From Heteronotia binoei (taxonomy: Eukaryota): a stretch of 64,000 nucleotides of DNA. This document shows, in pieces, positions 20,897 through 32,318 of the stretch. The position numbers and the translations under genes are program-made. Numbering within the stretch: the stretch's first letter is position 1; each line of letters begins with the position of its first letter. The notes under the pieces are model-generated. The model was not told the origin of the DNA. It saw only the letters and a list, made by a program, of their open reading frames with translations, and did not search any database. The stretch covers positions 17,360,001 through 17,424,000 of the forward strand of contig NC_083237.1 in assembly GCF_032191835.1 (NCBI RefSeq), in the 5' to 3' direction.

Positions 20897-21159
20897 ACCG
20901 TTTTCGCACACAGCTTACCTCGCAGTCACAATCCTGTTCCCTCCGCAGCGTCTGTCAGATTTCCCACCATCTGCGCCGGAGTTACAGGAAGTGCCGCAGC
21001 TTTTGCGTAGCAAACGTTAACTGGGTTTTAGCAGTTTACGTTTGCTACACAAAAGCTGCGACACTTCCTGTAACTTCGGCGCAGATGGTGGGAAATCCAA
21101 CCAGACACTGCGGAGGGAACAGGATTGTGATTGCGAGGTAAGCTGTGTGCGAAAACGGT
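20897..21159. mobile_element. 263-bp hairpin MITE (arms of about 120 bp); copies at 29329-29591, 37763-38024 and 59886-60147
   Basis: accgttttcgcacacagcttacctcgc...gctacg / cgtttgctac...gcgaggtaagctgtgtgcgaaaacggt. Superfamily not determined. Confidence 0.85.
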
Positions 21160-21979
21160 CCAATTCTTTTCAAAGCCAGGATTCCTCAAGGAAACATAGC
21201 CATACAGTTCTCACATTTTCTCTGCCTTATTCATGGGTAATTCATTTCATTCACTTATTGGACCATTAAATCAAACATTAGTGAAATCCCAGTTGTTACA
21301 TTTTAATTCATGGCAGGAGAACTGACTTGGGAAGGTTCCTTCTCAATTTTATATCCTATCTAAAACAGACCAACACAATCAGAGAGAATGACATATCCTC
21401 TCCAGCAGAGGGCAGCACACACAAACATATCCATTATACTTTATGCTCAGTAAAAGGTGTTACTGGACTCTACTATTTTACAGTGACAGACTAGCATGGC
21501 TAACTCCTTTGGATCCAGGGCCTTTTCTGAGCAGGAACGCAGTTTCGGCTGGCTTGGCATCAGGGGGTGTGGCCTAATGTGCAAATGAGTTCCTGCTGGG
21601 CTTTTTCTGCAAAAATGCCCTGTGTGAAACAATGTTGCTGTTGCAAACTCCTTCATTTCCAGCAGCAGTGCATAGGGCAGTCTCCATGCGGAAACACCCT
21701 ACAACAGCTACAGGAATTATCTATACATTTAAGCTAGTTTCATGGACAGCGCCTGTCCCAACACCGGATTCAATCCATTTTTTGTGAAGCTGCCAAGAGT
21801 TATTTAAACTTCCCCAGTCTTTCAGAAAAGAATAGGCCAAAGGTTAACTGGTTTGCTAACTGGCGTACACTCAGGACATGTATATCTGGCTGCTGCACAA
21901 TCAACACAACACTTTGAGAGAGACAGACAGACAGACAGACAGAGACAGAGAATTCAACATTTCATTGCTGTTTTGTGTG

Positions 21980-22100
21980 ATTGGTCCTATATCCTCTTTG
22001 ATTTGCTCAGCCAGAGACTCCTAGGGGTTAAGATGCCATCATAAAGTCAAAGGCAAAGCTATTGGATAGGCTCTTTGCAGTGCCCAGGGGTCACGTGACA
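21980..22100 (+). promoter_or_regulatory. Putative NAT promoter: two inverted CCAAT boxes (21980, 22061), a DR1/HNF4-like AGTCAAAGGCAAAG, and a perfect E-box palindrome GTCACGTGAC (22090-22099)
   Basis: The motif cluster lies about 1 kb upstream of the NAT-b ATG. The E-box is conserved in all modules (30526, 38948, 61080). No transcript evidence. Confidence 0.4.
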
Positions 22101-22422
22101 GGACTCATTTCCTCTTTTGCTCTCCCTTTCATTTCCTATAGTGAAACCGAGGACTTTGGTCTAACCCAACCAGCGTGAGGAACTCCAGAAATTCCAGCGG
22201 AGTCATTCTCTTTGAACTGAGCCAGCCAGGATGGCAGGAGGAGACGGGAGTCAAGATTCCTGGGTTCTTGGACTGGAAATACGGTTGGCTGAGCTGTCAA
22301 CTATGAATTAGAGATCCCTGAGCCAGAAGACTTGTTGGAGAAGAAAATCAGGTCTGATGAGCTGTCAGTGGAGGGAGCATAAAGTAGATTCCTGACTCCT
22401 GTCGCTTCTGCATCCTGCTCAG

Positions 22423-22592
22423 CAGAGCTTTTTTTTTTTTTTGTAGCAGGAACTCCTTTGCATATTTAGGCCACACACCCCTGTTGTAGCCAATTCTCCT
22501 GGAGCTTACAGTAAGCCCTGTAAGAAGAGCCCTGTAAGCTCTTGGAGGATTGGCTACATCAGGGAGATGTAGCGTAATATGCAAAGGAGTTC
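22423..22592. mobile_element. Palindromic hAT MITE spanning the a/b junction (intact copy also at b/c); split by block X at the c and d ends
   Basis: gaactcctttgcatatt...aatatgcaaaggagttc inverted arms. The left half alone ends at 39333 and 61467; the right half alone starts at 15738 and 54689. Confidence 0.9.
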
Positions 22593-23069
22593 GTCTTTGG
22601 TGTAGCAGTTAAGTGTGTGGACTCTTATCTGGGAGAACTGGGTTTAATTCCCCACACCTCCACTTGCAGCTGCTGGAATGGCCTTGGGTCAGCCATAGCT
22701 TTCGTAGGAGCTGTCCTTGAAAGGGCAGTTTGTGTTAAAGCTCTCTCAGCCCCACCCACCTCACAGGGTGTCTGTTGTTGGGGGGAAGGTAAAGGAGATT
22801 GTGACCACTCTGAGATGCAGAGGGGGGGGGGAGAGGGTTGCCATCAAGTCACAGCTGAATCCCCCCCCCAAAAAAAGTTTTTATTTTCATTGTAGGTGAC
22901 CTTGTCGGGATTTCAAGGCAAGAGAGGTGGTTTGTCATTTCTTGGCCTCTTCATCACAACCCTGGACTTCCTTTGGGGCCTCCCATCCTAATATTGACCC
23001 CATCTGACCCTGCTTAGCTTCTGCGATCTGACAAGACCAGGCCTGCCGGGGAACCCAGGTCAGGACAAC

Positions 23070-23882
23070 ATGGACGTTAGCCAATATCTATTACGGATCG
23101 GGTACAAGGGTCCCGCCCAGCCTTCTCTGGAGACCTTGCGCCGTCTCCACCATTGCCATCTCCTCTCCGTGCCCTTTGGGAGCCTGAGCATCCACTGTGG
23201 GGAGCCAATCTCCTTGACGTTGCCCCTTCTCTACGACAAGATTGTCCGGTGCCACCGGGACGGTTTCTGTTACGAGCTGAACGGGCTTTTCTTGTGGCTG
23301 CTGCAGACGCTGGGATTTGACACCAAAGCAGTGTCCGGTCGCGTTCGGAACCGTTTCACGGGACACTACGGCCCCCCTCTGGACCATATGGTGATTTTGG
23401 TCCAGTTGGATGGACGCTCGTTCCTCTGTGATGTCGGTTTTGGGGAAGCCTTTCTAGAGCCACTGGAGTTGAAGCCGGACTCGGAACAAGTCCAAGATGG
23501 GGGCATCTTCTGGCTCGGCAACAAGGGGGGAGTTTGGGTCTTGGAGCGCCGGGAAGTTCCTGGCAAGGACGGGAGACCTTTGTATCAATTCACCCTTGAG
23601 GAGAAGAAGTTGGAGGATTTTGCTGACATGTGCCTTTATCACCAGACTTCGCCCAGTTCTATCTTCCCCTGCAAATCCTTCTGTTCCTTGCATCAGGAAG
23701 ACGGTGGGCGCCTTACCTATATGGGATGGCGTCTCATCTCCACAATGGGGGAGAAACGTACGGAGACCCCACTGCAAAGCTCTGAGATCCCAGCCGTCCT
23801 ACGTGAGAAATTTGGGATTCAGTTGGAGAGGGACTTCGAGCCAAAGGACGAAAAGATCATGCCACCTCCTGAAGAAGGATGA
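23070..23882 (+). CDS. NAT: Arylamine N-acetyltransferase (NAT family), copy b, intact 270 aa, single coding exon
   Basis: N-terminal YLLRIGY, VPFxxLSIHCGE, FC67YELNGLF, H106M and CD121VGFG match the NAT fold and the Cys-His-Asp triad (human C68/H107/D122). The C-terminal part reads YQFTLE..EDF..MC.YHQTSPSSIF.CKSFCS. A candidate splice acceptor (ttttcattgtag|GTGACC) lies upstream in the 5' UTR. Confidence 0.96.
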   Translation: MDVSQYLLRIGYKGPAQPSLETLRRLHHCHLLSVPFGSLSIHCGEPISLTLPLLYDKIVRCHRDGFCYELNGLFLWLLQTLGFDTKAVSGRVRNRFTGHYGPPLDHMVILVQLDGRSFLCDVGFGEAFLEPLELKPDSEQVQDGGIFWLGNKGGVWVLERREVPGKDGRPLYQFTLEEKKLEDFADMCLYHQTSPSSIFPCKSFCSLHQEDGGRLTYMGWRLISTMGEKRTETPLQSSEIPAVLREKFGIQLERDFEPKDEKIMPPPEEG

Positions 23883-24718
23883 GAAGGTAGAAGGGAAACG
23901 GGTCTCCGATTTGGACAGCAGGCTAGAAACTGGATTATACATCATCTCTTTGCACACAGGTTTCAGTCTCTGTCAGAACTGATGTCATATCACAGGATGT
24001 TCCAGAACATTCTAACTTCAGAAAGGGGAGGGGCAGTCAATTCTGATGTTCCAGGCATAGAAAAAAAAATGATTCCCACATGGTGCTTTGTCTTCCTACA
24101 GCAAGGTGGAGCTGCCCCCAGGTTGTTTTAATCAAGAAGCAAGTAGGGAAAGATTTGAGGATGGAGTGTGTGGAAGGCAGGGTTTGGGGAGGGGAGTGGA
24201 GTATAACACCATACACTCCACCCTCCCAAGTACGGTTGCCATGTGACTGCTGCGGATGGGAGATCTCCTACCGCCCATTGGCTCTTGCCTTCTGTCACTC
24301 CAAGTGGCCAGCAGAAGAAAGAAAAAAAAATCACCACTGGCAATGGAGTGGCATCATGTCCAAGAAAACCTGAACATGATACCAGTCCCATCCAGGAATT
24401 GCTGGAAATTCTATAGTTTTGCCATAGAGATTCTGGAAATTCCTAGAGAGGTGGCACCATGCTGTCGCTGCAGGCCACCTCCCATTTCTCCACCTGGTTG
24501 TCCTACTACGCCTGGCCCCCTGACTTCCAAAGCAGCCAGTTTCTCTAGAAGAACTAATTTTTGTAGTCTGGAGATCCACTGTAATTCTGGGAAGTCTCCA
24601 GGCCCCATCAGGAAGCTGGCCATCCTGTCTGTGACAATCGAGGAATTTCCCCCAATCTCTATGGTATTTACGATAGAGATTGGGGAAATTCCTACAGGGT
24701 TGTGACATTACTTCCAAG

Positions 24719-25558
24719 TAGGCTTCCCAACCCCCAGGTCCCAGCGGGGGATCCCCCGTTTTGACAGGCTTCTCCCCGCCCCCAGCCAGCTGGCCGGCGG
24801 GGGAAGCCCCACCCCCACAGTCATCCTGTAGTTTTAGAGCTCCGGCAGGTTTAGAAACCTGCAAACAGTTTTTAAAATGTGTACCTTTAAGGCTGAGCAG
24901 GCAGCAGGAAACAGGAAACAGGAAGGGCTTCATGGGAAAGGATCAGTAAGTTTCCTCAGAGAACGGCCCCTCCCTTTCTTTTGCTTTCGTTTTCAGAGCA
25001 AGCAGGAATATTCTGCAGGAACAAGATCTAGTAAGTATCTGTGTGTGAGAGAGAGGGAGGTGGCAGGGGATTCCAAGGTTTGGAGGCCCTCCCCCCGCTT
25101 TAGAAAGCGTGGGGGGGGGAGGGAAATGTCTACTGGGCACTCTATTATTCCCTATGAAGAACGATTCCCATAGGGAATAATGGGGAATTGATCCGTGGGT
25201 ATTGGGGGCTCTGGGGGGGCTGTTTTTTGAGGTAGAGGAACCAATTTTTTAGTATAGCATCTAGTTCCTCTCCCCAAAATACTCCCCAAGTTTCAAAACG
25301 ATTGGACCAGGGGGTCTAATTCTATGAGCCCCAAAATATGGTGCCCCTATCCCTCATTATTTCCTATGGAAGAAAGGCATTTGAAAAGGTGTGCTGTCCC
25401 TTTAAATGTGATGGCCAGAACTCCCTTGGAGTTCAATTATACTTGTCACACCCTTGTCCCAGGCTCCACCCCCAATGTCTCCTGGCTCCACCCCCAAAGT
25501 CTCCTGGCTCCGCCCCCAAAGTCCTCAGATATTTCTTGAATTGGACTTGGCAACCCTA
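24719..25558. mobile_element. Same hAT family in the opposite orientation (840 bp), present in modules b and c (33154-33991) only
   Basis: TAGGCTTCCCAA...TTGGCAACCCTA with 8-bp TSD CTTCCAAG. Confidence 0.9.
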
Positions 25559-28500
25559 CTTCCAAGTGTTCATCTGCAAGCGATGTCACAGTGACCCAGG
25601 TGCTCCCGCCAAGCCCCACCCCTCCAAAGCTCCCAGGATTGGCAGCTGCGAGCCTGGCATGGCATGAGGAGGCCGGGGTTTCAGTTCTGAATATTCCCTG
25701 GTCTTCGAGGCATCCGATGTGACATTTTGGAAAGATACCATTGCAGCAGTCTGTTTGAAAAAAAAAATGCTGGTCCTTTACAAAAGCAATTTGATCATTT
25801 TTCTAGTGCGGTTTACAGTTTTTTCGAGTTGCACTTAAAGGCCTCGATATAATCTTAAGGACCACAACATGTGAACTTGAATGCATATTGTTAATGAGCG
25901 TATGGAAAATTTATTGTGTAAAATTCATTGAATGATTATACAGGTGACTGCAAATAATATGTTTCTATTATTAGACACGTGGTGTAGTTTCTTTTTGTTT
26001 CTCCTTTGTTCATTATCATCCCATTCCCTATTTGTGGTGTGTTTAAACAAAAGCCTGCGAAAGCAGAAAACCAGCAGCCCAAGGGGACAGATCTGCTAAA
26101 GTCATAATTAAAAAGTGAGTGCAGCTGTGGGTAACAAGTCCCAGGGCTTTTTTTTTTTGTAGCAGGAATTTCTTTGTATATTAAGCCACAGGCCCCTGAT
26201 GTAGCCAGTCCTCCAGTCCTCCAAGAGCTTTCAGTAGGTCCTGTACTAAGAGCCCTGTAAGCTCCTGGAGGATTGGCTACATTAGGGGTGTGTGGCCTAA
26301 TATGCAAAGGAGCTCCTGCTAGAATTCCAACCCTGCTAACAACAAACTTCTTTATTGAAAGAACCAAACTGGAAAGCAATCAGGCAAAACAGGCAATATA
26401 CATAGTTGGGGAAGGACACACCTCTTTTAGTCGGCTGGAATCTGCCCAATTGGTCTCTCCAGGATCCTTCATTTACATGTACATTGATACACGCCTTGTG
26501 TCCCGATTGGCCAGTTCAGACAGAATGGCCAATCGGAACGTAGGCATTTGGATCCTGGAGGGTAGAACCATGCTTCAGTTACTAACACTATGAACAGTAT
26601 ATGAGCAAGAACACAGAACAGCACATAATAGTCTTGCTAGTTTTCTATCTGCAGGAAGTTTGGGCATGGGCAAGCATTCTAAAACACGATCTCCAATCTA
26701 ATCACGCAGACCACTCTACCTGCATGTGTGAATGAGGCCTCCTCGTGCCTCTGCACTGGTTTTAATGAGCTCCTCTCCATGCAGAGATGCAGCAGCCTTA
26801 CCTGTCCACAGTGGAGGCAGGCTCACAGGAACTCATGCAGATCTGCAACAGGTAGACTCCAAGGGCAGATTGCTCTTATTCTTTAAAAAAAGCCTTGGGC
26901 AAGAGGTAAGAATGAAGCACGAATCCAATTTTAACTCAGAAGCAAGCCTGCATCAGCTACCAGCTGTTAGGGAAACAGCAGGTTCAAAGAACAACAGATG
27001 TGCAACAGTCACAGAGGAGCTGCATGGAGAGCATTGATAGCCACCCTCTGCCACGTGAAGCAGGCAGATAAAGCAGTCCCTGTTCTCGAAAGAAGGGGCG
27101 GGGAGAGAGCAGAGCTCCTTCAGGCGCCCGGTAGGGATTCCTTTGCACGTTACAGGAGGCCTGGCTATAGGTGAGGGGTGTTCATACTGACTTTTAAAGG
27201 GTTGAGGGAGGAGCCAAAGGCGGGGCTAGTTGAAACAGGAGAAGCCCACACCATGGGTTGTAAACAAGCCTTTTTGACTTGCATGTAAAGCAGGGATTTC
27301 GGTGGTGTGCAACAACCAGGAGTAAGAGCTGCGAAGAGTGGGCTGGGAGGGGGATCGGGGGGGGGGGGGGATGAAAAAGCAGGGAAGACCTAAGGTGACC
27401 ACATTTCTTTCTTTTGAAGGCTCCTGAACTTCTAAGTCCTGCAAGACAGGTAGGAATTCATGATTTTTTTCATCCCTGCAGGGCAGACACACACCTCCTT
27501 ATTTTTGTCTGTCTTGCAGCTATTACAGGTTCATGCGCTCTGCGAAGTTGTTCAGGGTGGTGAGAACCAGGGAGGACTGTGAGGCACTCCAGAGGGATCC
27601 GTCAAGGCTGGGTGAATGGGTGTCAACATGGCAAAGGAGGTTCAATGTGGGCAAGTGCAAAGTAATAAATACACAGTGGGGCCAAAAATCCTAACTATAA
27701 ATATACATGGATGGGGTCTGAACTGGCAGTAACTGTAGATAACTCCCTTGAAAACGGTCCGAATTAGAAGCAGCTCTTGACAGACCAGTCCGAGCTGCTT
27801 CTAATCTCGCGTCGCCCTGGTTCTTAGCCAGTTTGGTGTAGTGGTTAAGTGCATCGACTCTTACCTGGGAGAACCGGGTTTGATTCCCCACTCCTCCACT
27901 TGCACCTGCTGGAATGGCCTTGCATTAGTTGTCCTTGAATGGGCAGATTCTGTGAAAGCCCTCTCACCCCCACCACCTCACATGGTGTCTGTTGTGGGGG
28001 AAGAAAATAAAGGAGATTGTAAACCGCTCTGACCCTCTGATTCAGAGAGAAGGGCAGGGTATAAACCTGCGGTTTTCTTCTTCTTATGTTCAGAAATCCA
28101 GATATTGTGTAATGACACTCCTCAGCTTCTTTCCACCAACATCATGAAACTTAGAAAACAAATGAACATCTTAATCCCACTTAAAGCTGTGATGACCAAT
28201 GTTGTAAGTGCCAGAAGCTGATCCAGCTGCTCTTCTTGTCACAGTGGTGGTAGGAAGTCCAGTTGAATCACAGCTGACATAGAGTAACCTCATAGGGTTT
28301 TCCAGGGCTTTTTTTTTTTTTTTTTTTTTTTTTGCAGCAGGAGCTCCTCTGCATATTAGGCCACATACACTTGATGGAGCCGATCCTCTAAGAGCTTACA
28401 GGGCTCTTCATACAGGGCCTGCTGTAAGCTCTTGGAGGATTGGCTACATCAGGGGTGTGTGGCCTAATAGGCAAAGGAGTTGCAGCTACAAAAAAAGCCC

Positions 28501-31500
28501 TGCGGTTTTCAAGACAGGAGAAGTGGTTGGCCATTGCTGCATGTGTGCGGAAATCCTGGACATCCACCGGCCAGGATCGACAACTGCATAGATTCTGAGA
28601 TTGGTGAAATCAGGACATCCCAATCAGGGCTTTTTGGATTACAACTAGAAAAATTCTAGAACAAAGTGTGAGTCCGGTAGCACTTTTCAGACCAACAAAG
28701 TTTTATTCGCGGTATGAGCTTTTGTGTGCAAGCACATTTCTTCAAGTACAAACAATGGAATAAAACCTCCTCAGGTCCTTCTTACAGGAGAAGGGGGGGG
28801 GGAGCAGCTATTAGGAAGCTCTACTCATAGCCAAGATGCATAAGTTGAGCTGAAATAGGATCAGGTGAACGGTAAAATCAAGAAATGGCAGCAAATCTGC
28901 ACGTGTATGCGACAAAATAGTGCTTCGGCCCTGGTGTCATTTTGGGCTGGAAGCAGCCAGCAAAGCCTGAGATGATTTTAAAGAAGTGTCTCGATAAAAT
29001 GACAGTTTGACAACCTCTTCAGCGCAGCTGCCTGAACATAAGAGAAGCCATGTTTTTTTATTCTTTCACATTTATATTTTTTATTATATTCACATCCAAA
29101 TAATTCATAGAAAACACTGCATAACAATCCAAATACCAATACCCCCCCACACAAAACGATACATACAATACACAAAATACATGAGAAGCCATGTTGGATC
29201 AGGCCAATGGCCCATCCAGTCCAACACTCTGTGTCACACAGTGGCCAAAACAAGCAAGTGCCATCAGGAGGTCCACCAGTGGGGCTAGAAGCCCTCTCAC
29301 TGTATTTCTCTTCAAAGAGAACTGTATTACCGTTTTCGCACACAGCTTACCTCGCAGTAACAATCCTGTTCCCTCCGCAGCGTCTGTAGGATTTCCCACC
29401 ATCTGTGCCGGAGTTACAAGAAGTGCCGCGGCTTTTGCGTAGCAAACGTTAACTGGGTTTTAGCAGTTTACGTTTGCTACGCAAAAGCTGCGACACTTCC
29501 TGTAACTTCGGCGCAGATGGTGGGAAATCCAACCAGACACTGCGGAGGGAACAGGATTGTGACTGCGAGGTAAGCTGTGTGCAAAAATGGTCCAATTCTT
29601 TTCAAAGCCAGGATTCCTCTAGGAAACATAGACATACAGTTCTCACATTTTCTCTGCCTTATTCATGGGTAATTCATTTCATTCACTTATTGGACCATTA
29701 AATCCAACATTAGTGAAATCCCAGTTGTTACATTTTAATTCATGGCTGGAGAACTGACTTGGGAAGGTTCCTTCTCAATTTTATATCCTATCTAAAACAG
29801 ACCAACACAATCAGAGAGAATGACACATCCTCTCCAGCAGAGGGCAGCACACACAAACATATCTATTATACTTTATGCTCCGTGAAAGGTGTTACTATTT
29901 TACAGTGACAGACTAGCATGGCTAACTCCTTTGGATCCAGGGCCTTTTCTGAGCAGGAACGCAGTTCCGGCTGGCTTGGCATCAGGGGGTGTGGCCTAAT
30001 GTGCAAATGAGTTCCTGCTGGGCTTTTTCTGCAAAAATGCCCTGTGTGAAACAATGTTGCTGTTGCAAACTCCTTCATTTCCAGCAGCAGTGCATAGGGC
30101 AGCCTCCATGCGGAAACACCCTACAACAGCTACAGGAATTATCTATACATTTAAGCTAGTTTCATGGACAGCGCCTGTCCCAACACCGGATTCAATACAT
30201 TTTTTGTGAAGCTGCCAAGAGTTATCTAAACATCCCCAGTCTTTCAGAAAAGAATAGTCCAAAGGTTAACTGATTTGCTAACTGGCGTACACTCAGGACA
30301 TGTATATCTGGCTGCTGCACAATCAACACAACACTTTGAGAGAGAGAGAAAGAGACAGACAGACAGACAGACAGAGACAGACAGAGAATTCCACATTTCA
30401 TTGCTGTTTTGTGTGATTGGTCCAATATCCTCTTTGATTTGCTCAGCCAGAGACTCCTAGGGGTTAAGATGCCATCATAAAGTCAAAGGCAAAGCTATTG
30501 GATAGGCTCTTTGCAGTGCCCAGGGGTCACGTGACAGGACTCATTTCCTCTTTTGCTCTCCCTTTCATTTCCTATAGTGAAACCGAGGACTTTGCTCTAA
30601 GCCAACCAGCGTGAGGAACTCCAGAAATTCCAGCGGAGTCATTCTCTTTGAACTGAGCCAGCCAGGATGGCAGGAGGAGACGGGAGTCAAGATTCCTGGG
30701 TTCTTGGACTGGAAATACGGTTGGCTGAGCTGTCAACTATGAATTAGAGATCCCTGAGCCAGAAGACTTGTTGGAGGAGAAAATCAGGTCTGATGAGCTG
30801 TCAGTGGAGGGAGCATAAAGTAGATTCCTGACTCCTGTCGCTTCTGCATCCTGCTCAGCAGAGCTTTTTTTTTTTTTGTAGCAGGAACTCCTTTGCATAT
30901 TTAGGCCACACACCCCTGTTGTAGCCAATTCTCCTGGAGCTTACAGTAAGCCCTGTAAGAAGAGCCCTGTAAGCTCTTGGAGGATTGGCTACATCAGGGA
31001 GATGTAGCGTAATATGCAAAGGAGTTCGTCTTTGGTGTAGCAGTTAAGTGTGTGGACTCTTATCTGGGAGAACTGGGTTTAATTCCCCACACCTCCACTT
31101 GCAGCTGCTGGAATGGCCTTGGGTCAGCCATAGCTTTCGTAGGAGCTGTCCTTGAAAGGGCAGTTTGTGTTAAAGCTCTCTCAGCCCCACCCACCTCACA
31201 GGGTGTCTGTTGTTGGGGGGAAGGTAAAGGAGATTGTGACCACTCTGAGATGCAGAGGCGGGGGGAGAGGGTTGCCATCAAGTCACAGCTGAATCCCCCC
31301 CCCAAAAAAAAAGTTTTTATTTTCATTGTAGGTGACCTTGTCGGGATTTCAAGGCAAGAGAGGTGGTTTGTCATTTCTTGGCCTCTTCATCACAACCCTG
31401 GACTTCCTTGGGGGCCTCCCATCCTAATATTGACCCCATCTGACCCTGCTTAGCTTCTGCGATCTGACAAGACCAGGCCTGCCGGGGAATCCAGGTCAGG

Positions 31501-31505
31501 ACAAC

Positions 31506-32318
31506 ATGGACGTTAGCCAATATCTATTACGGATCGGGTACAAGGGTCCCGCCCAGCCTTCTCTGGAGACCTTGCGCCATCTCCACCGTTGCCATCTCCT
31601 CTCCGTGCCCTTTGGGAGCCTGAGCATCCACTGTGGGGAGCCAATCTCCTTGACGTTGCCCCTTCTCTACGACAAGATTGTCCGGTGCCACCGGGACGGT
31701 TTCTGTTACGAGCTGAACGGGCTTTTCTTGTGGCTGCTGCAGACGCTGGGATTTGACACCAAAGCAGTGTCCGGTCGCGTTCGGAACCGTTTCACGGGAC
31801 ACTACGGCCCCCCTCTGGACCATATGGTGATTTTGGTCCAGTTGGATGGACGCTCGTTCCTCTGTGATGTCGGTTTTGGGGAAGCCTTTCTAGAGCCACT
31901 GGAGTTGAAGCCGGACTCGGAACAAGTCCAAGATGGGGGCATCTTCTGGCTCGGCAACAAGGGGGGAGTTTGGGTCTTGGAGCGCCGGGAAGTTCCTGGC
32001 AAGGACGGGAGACCTTTGTATCAATTCACCCTTGAGGAGAAGAAGTTGGAGGATTTTGCTGACATGTGCCTTTATCACCAGACTTCGCCCAGTTCTATCT
32101 TCCCCTGCAAATCCTTCTGTTCCTTGCATCAGGAAGACGGTGGGCGCCTTACCTATATGGGATGGCGTCTCATCTCCACAATGGGGGAGAAACGTACGGA
32201 GACCCCACTGCAAAGCTCTGAGATCCCAGCCGTCCTACGTGAGAAATTTGGGATTCAGTTGGAGAGGGACTTCGAGCCAAAGGACGAAAAGATCATGCCA
32301 CCTCCTGAAGAAGGCTGA
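31506..32318 (+). CDS. NAT: Arylamine N-acetyltransferase (NAT family), copy c, intact 270 aa
   Basis: The protein differs from copy b only by R25H and H28R. Triad intact; 8,436 bp downstream of copy b. Confidence 0.96.
   Translation: MDVSQYLLRIGYKGPAQPSLETLRHLHRCHLLSVPFGSLSIHCGEPISLTLPLLYDKIVRCHRDGFCYELNGLFLWLLQTLGFDTKAVSGRVRNRFTGHYGPPLDHMVILVQLDGRSFLCDVGFGEAFLEPLELKPDSEQVQDGGIFWLGNKGGVWVLERREVPGKDGRPLYQFTLEEKKLEDFADMCLYHQTSPSSIFPCKSFCSLHQEDGGRLTYMGWRLISTMGEKRTETPLQSSEIPAVLREKFGIQLERDFEPKDEKIMPPPEEG

Noticed and set aside
24080-25667. Cluster of 60-200 aa ORFs in the b/c-specific segment
   Set aside because: They lie in GC-rich non-autonomous hAT elements and show no transposase or other domain motifs.
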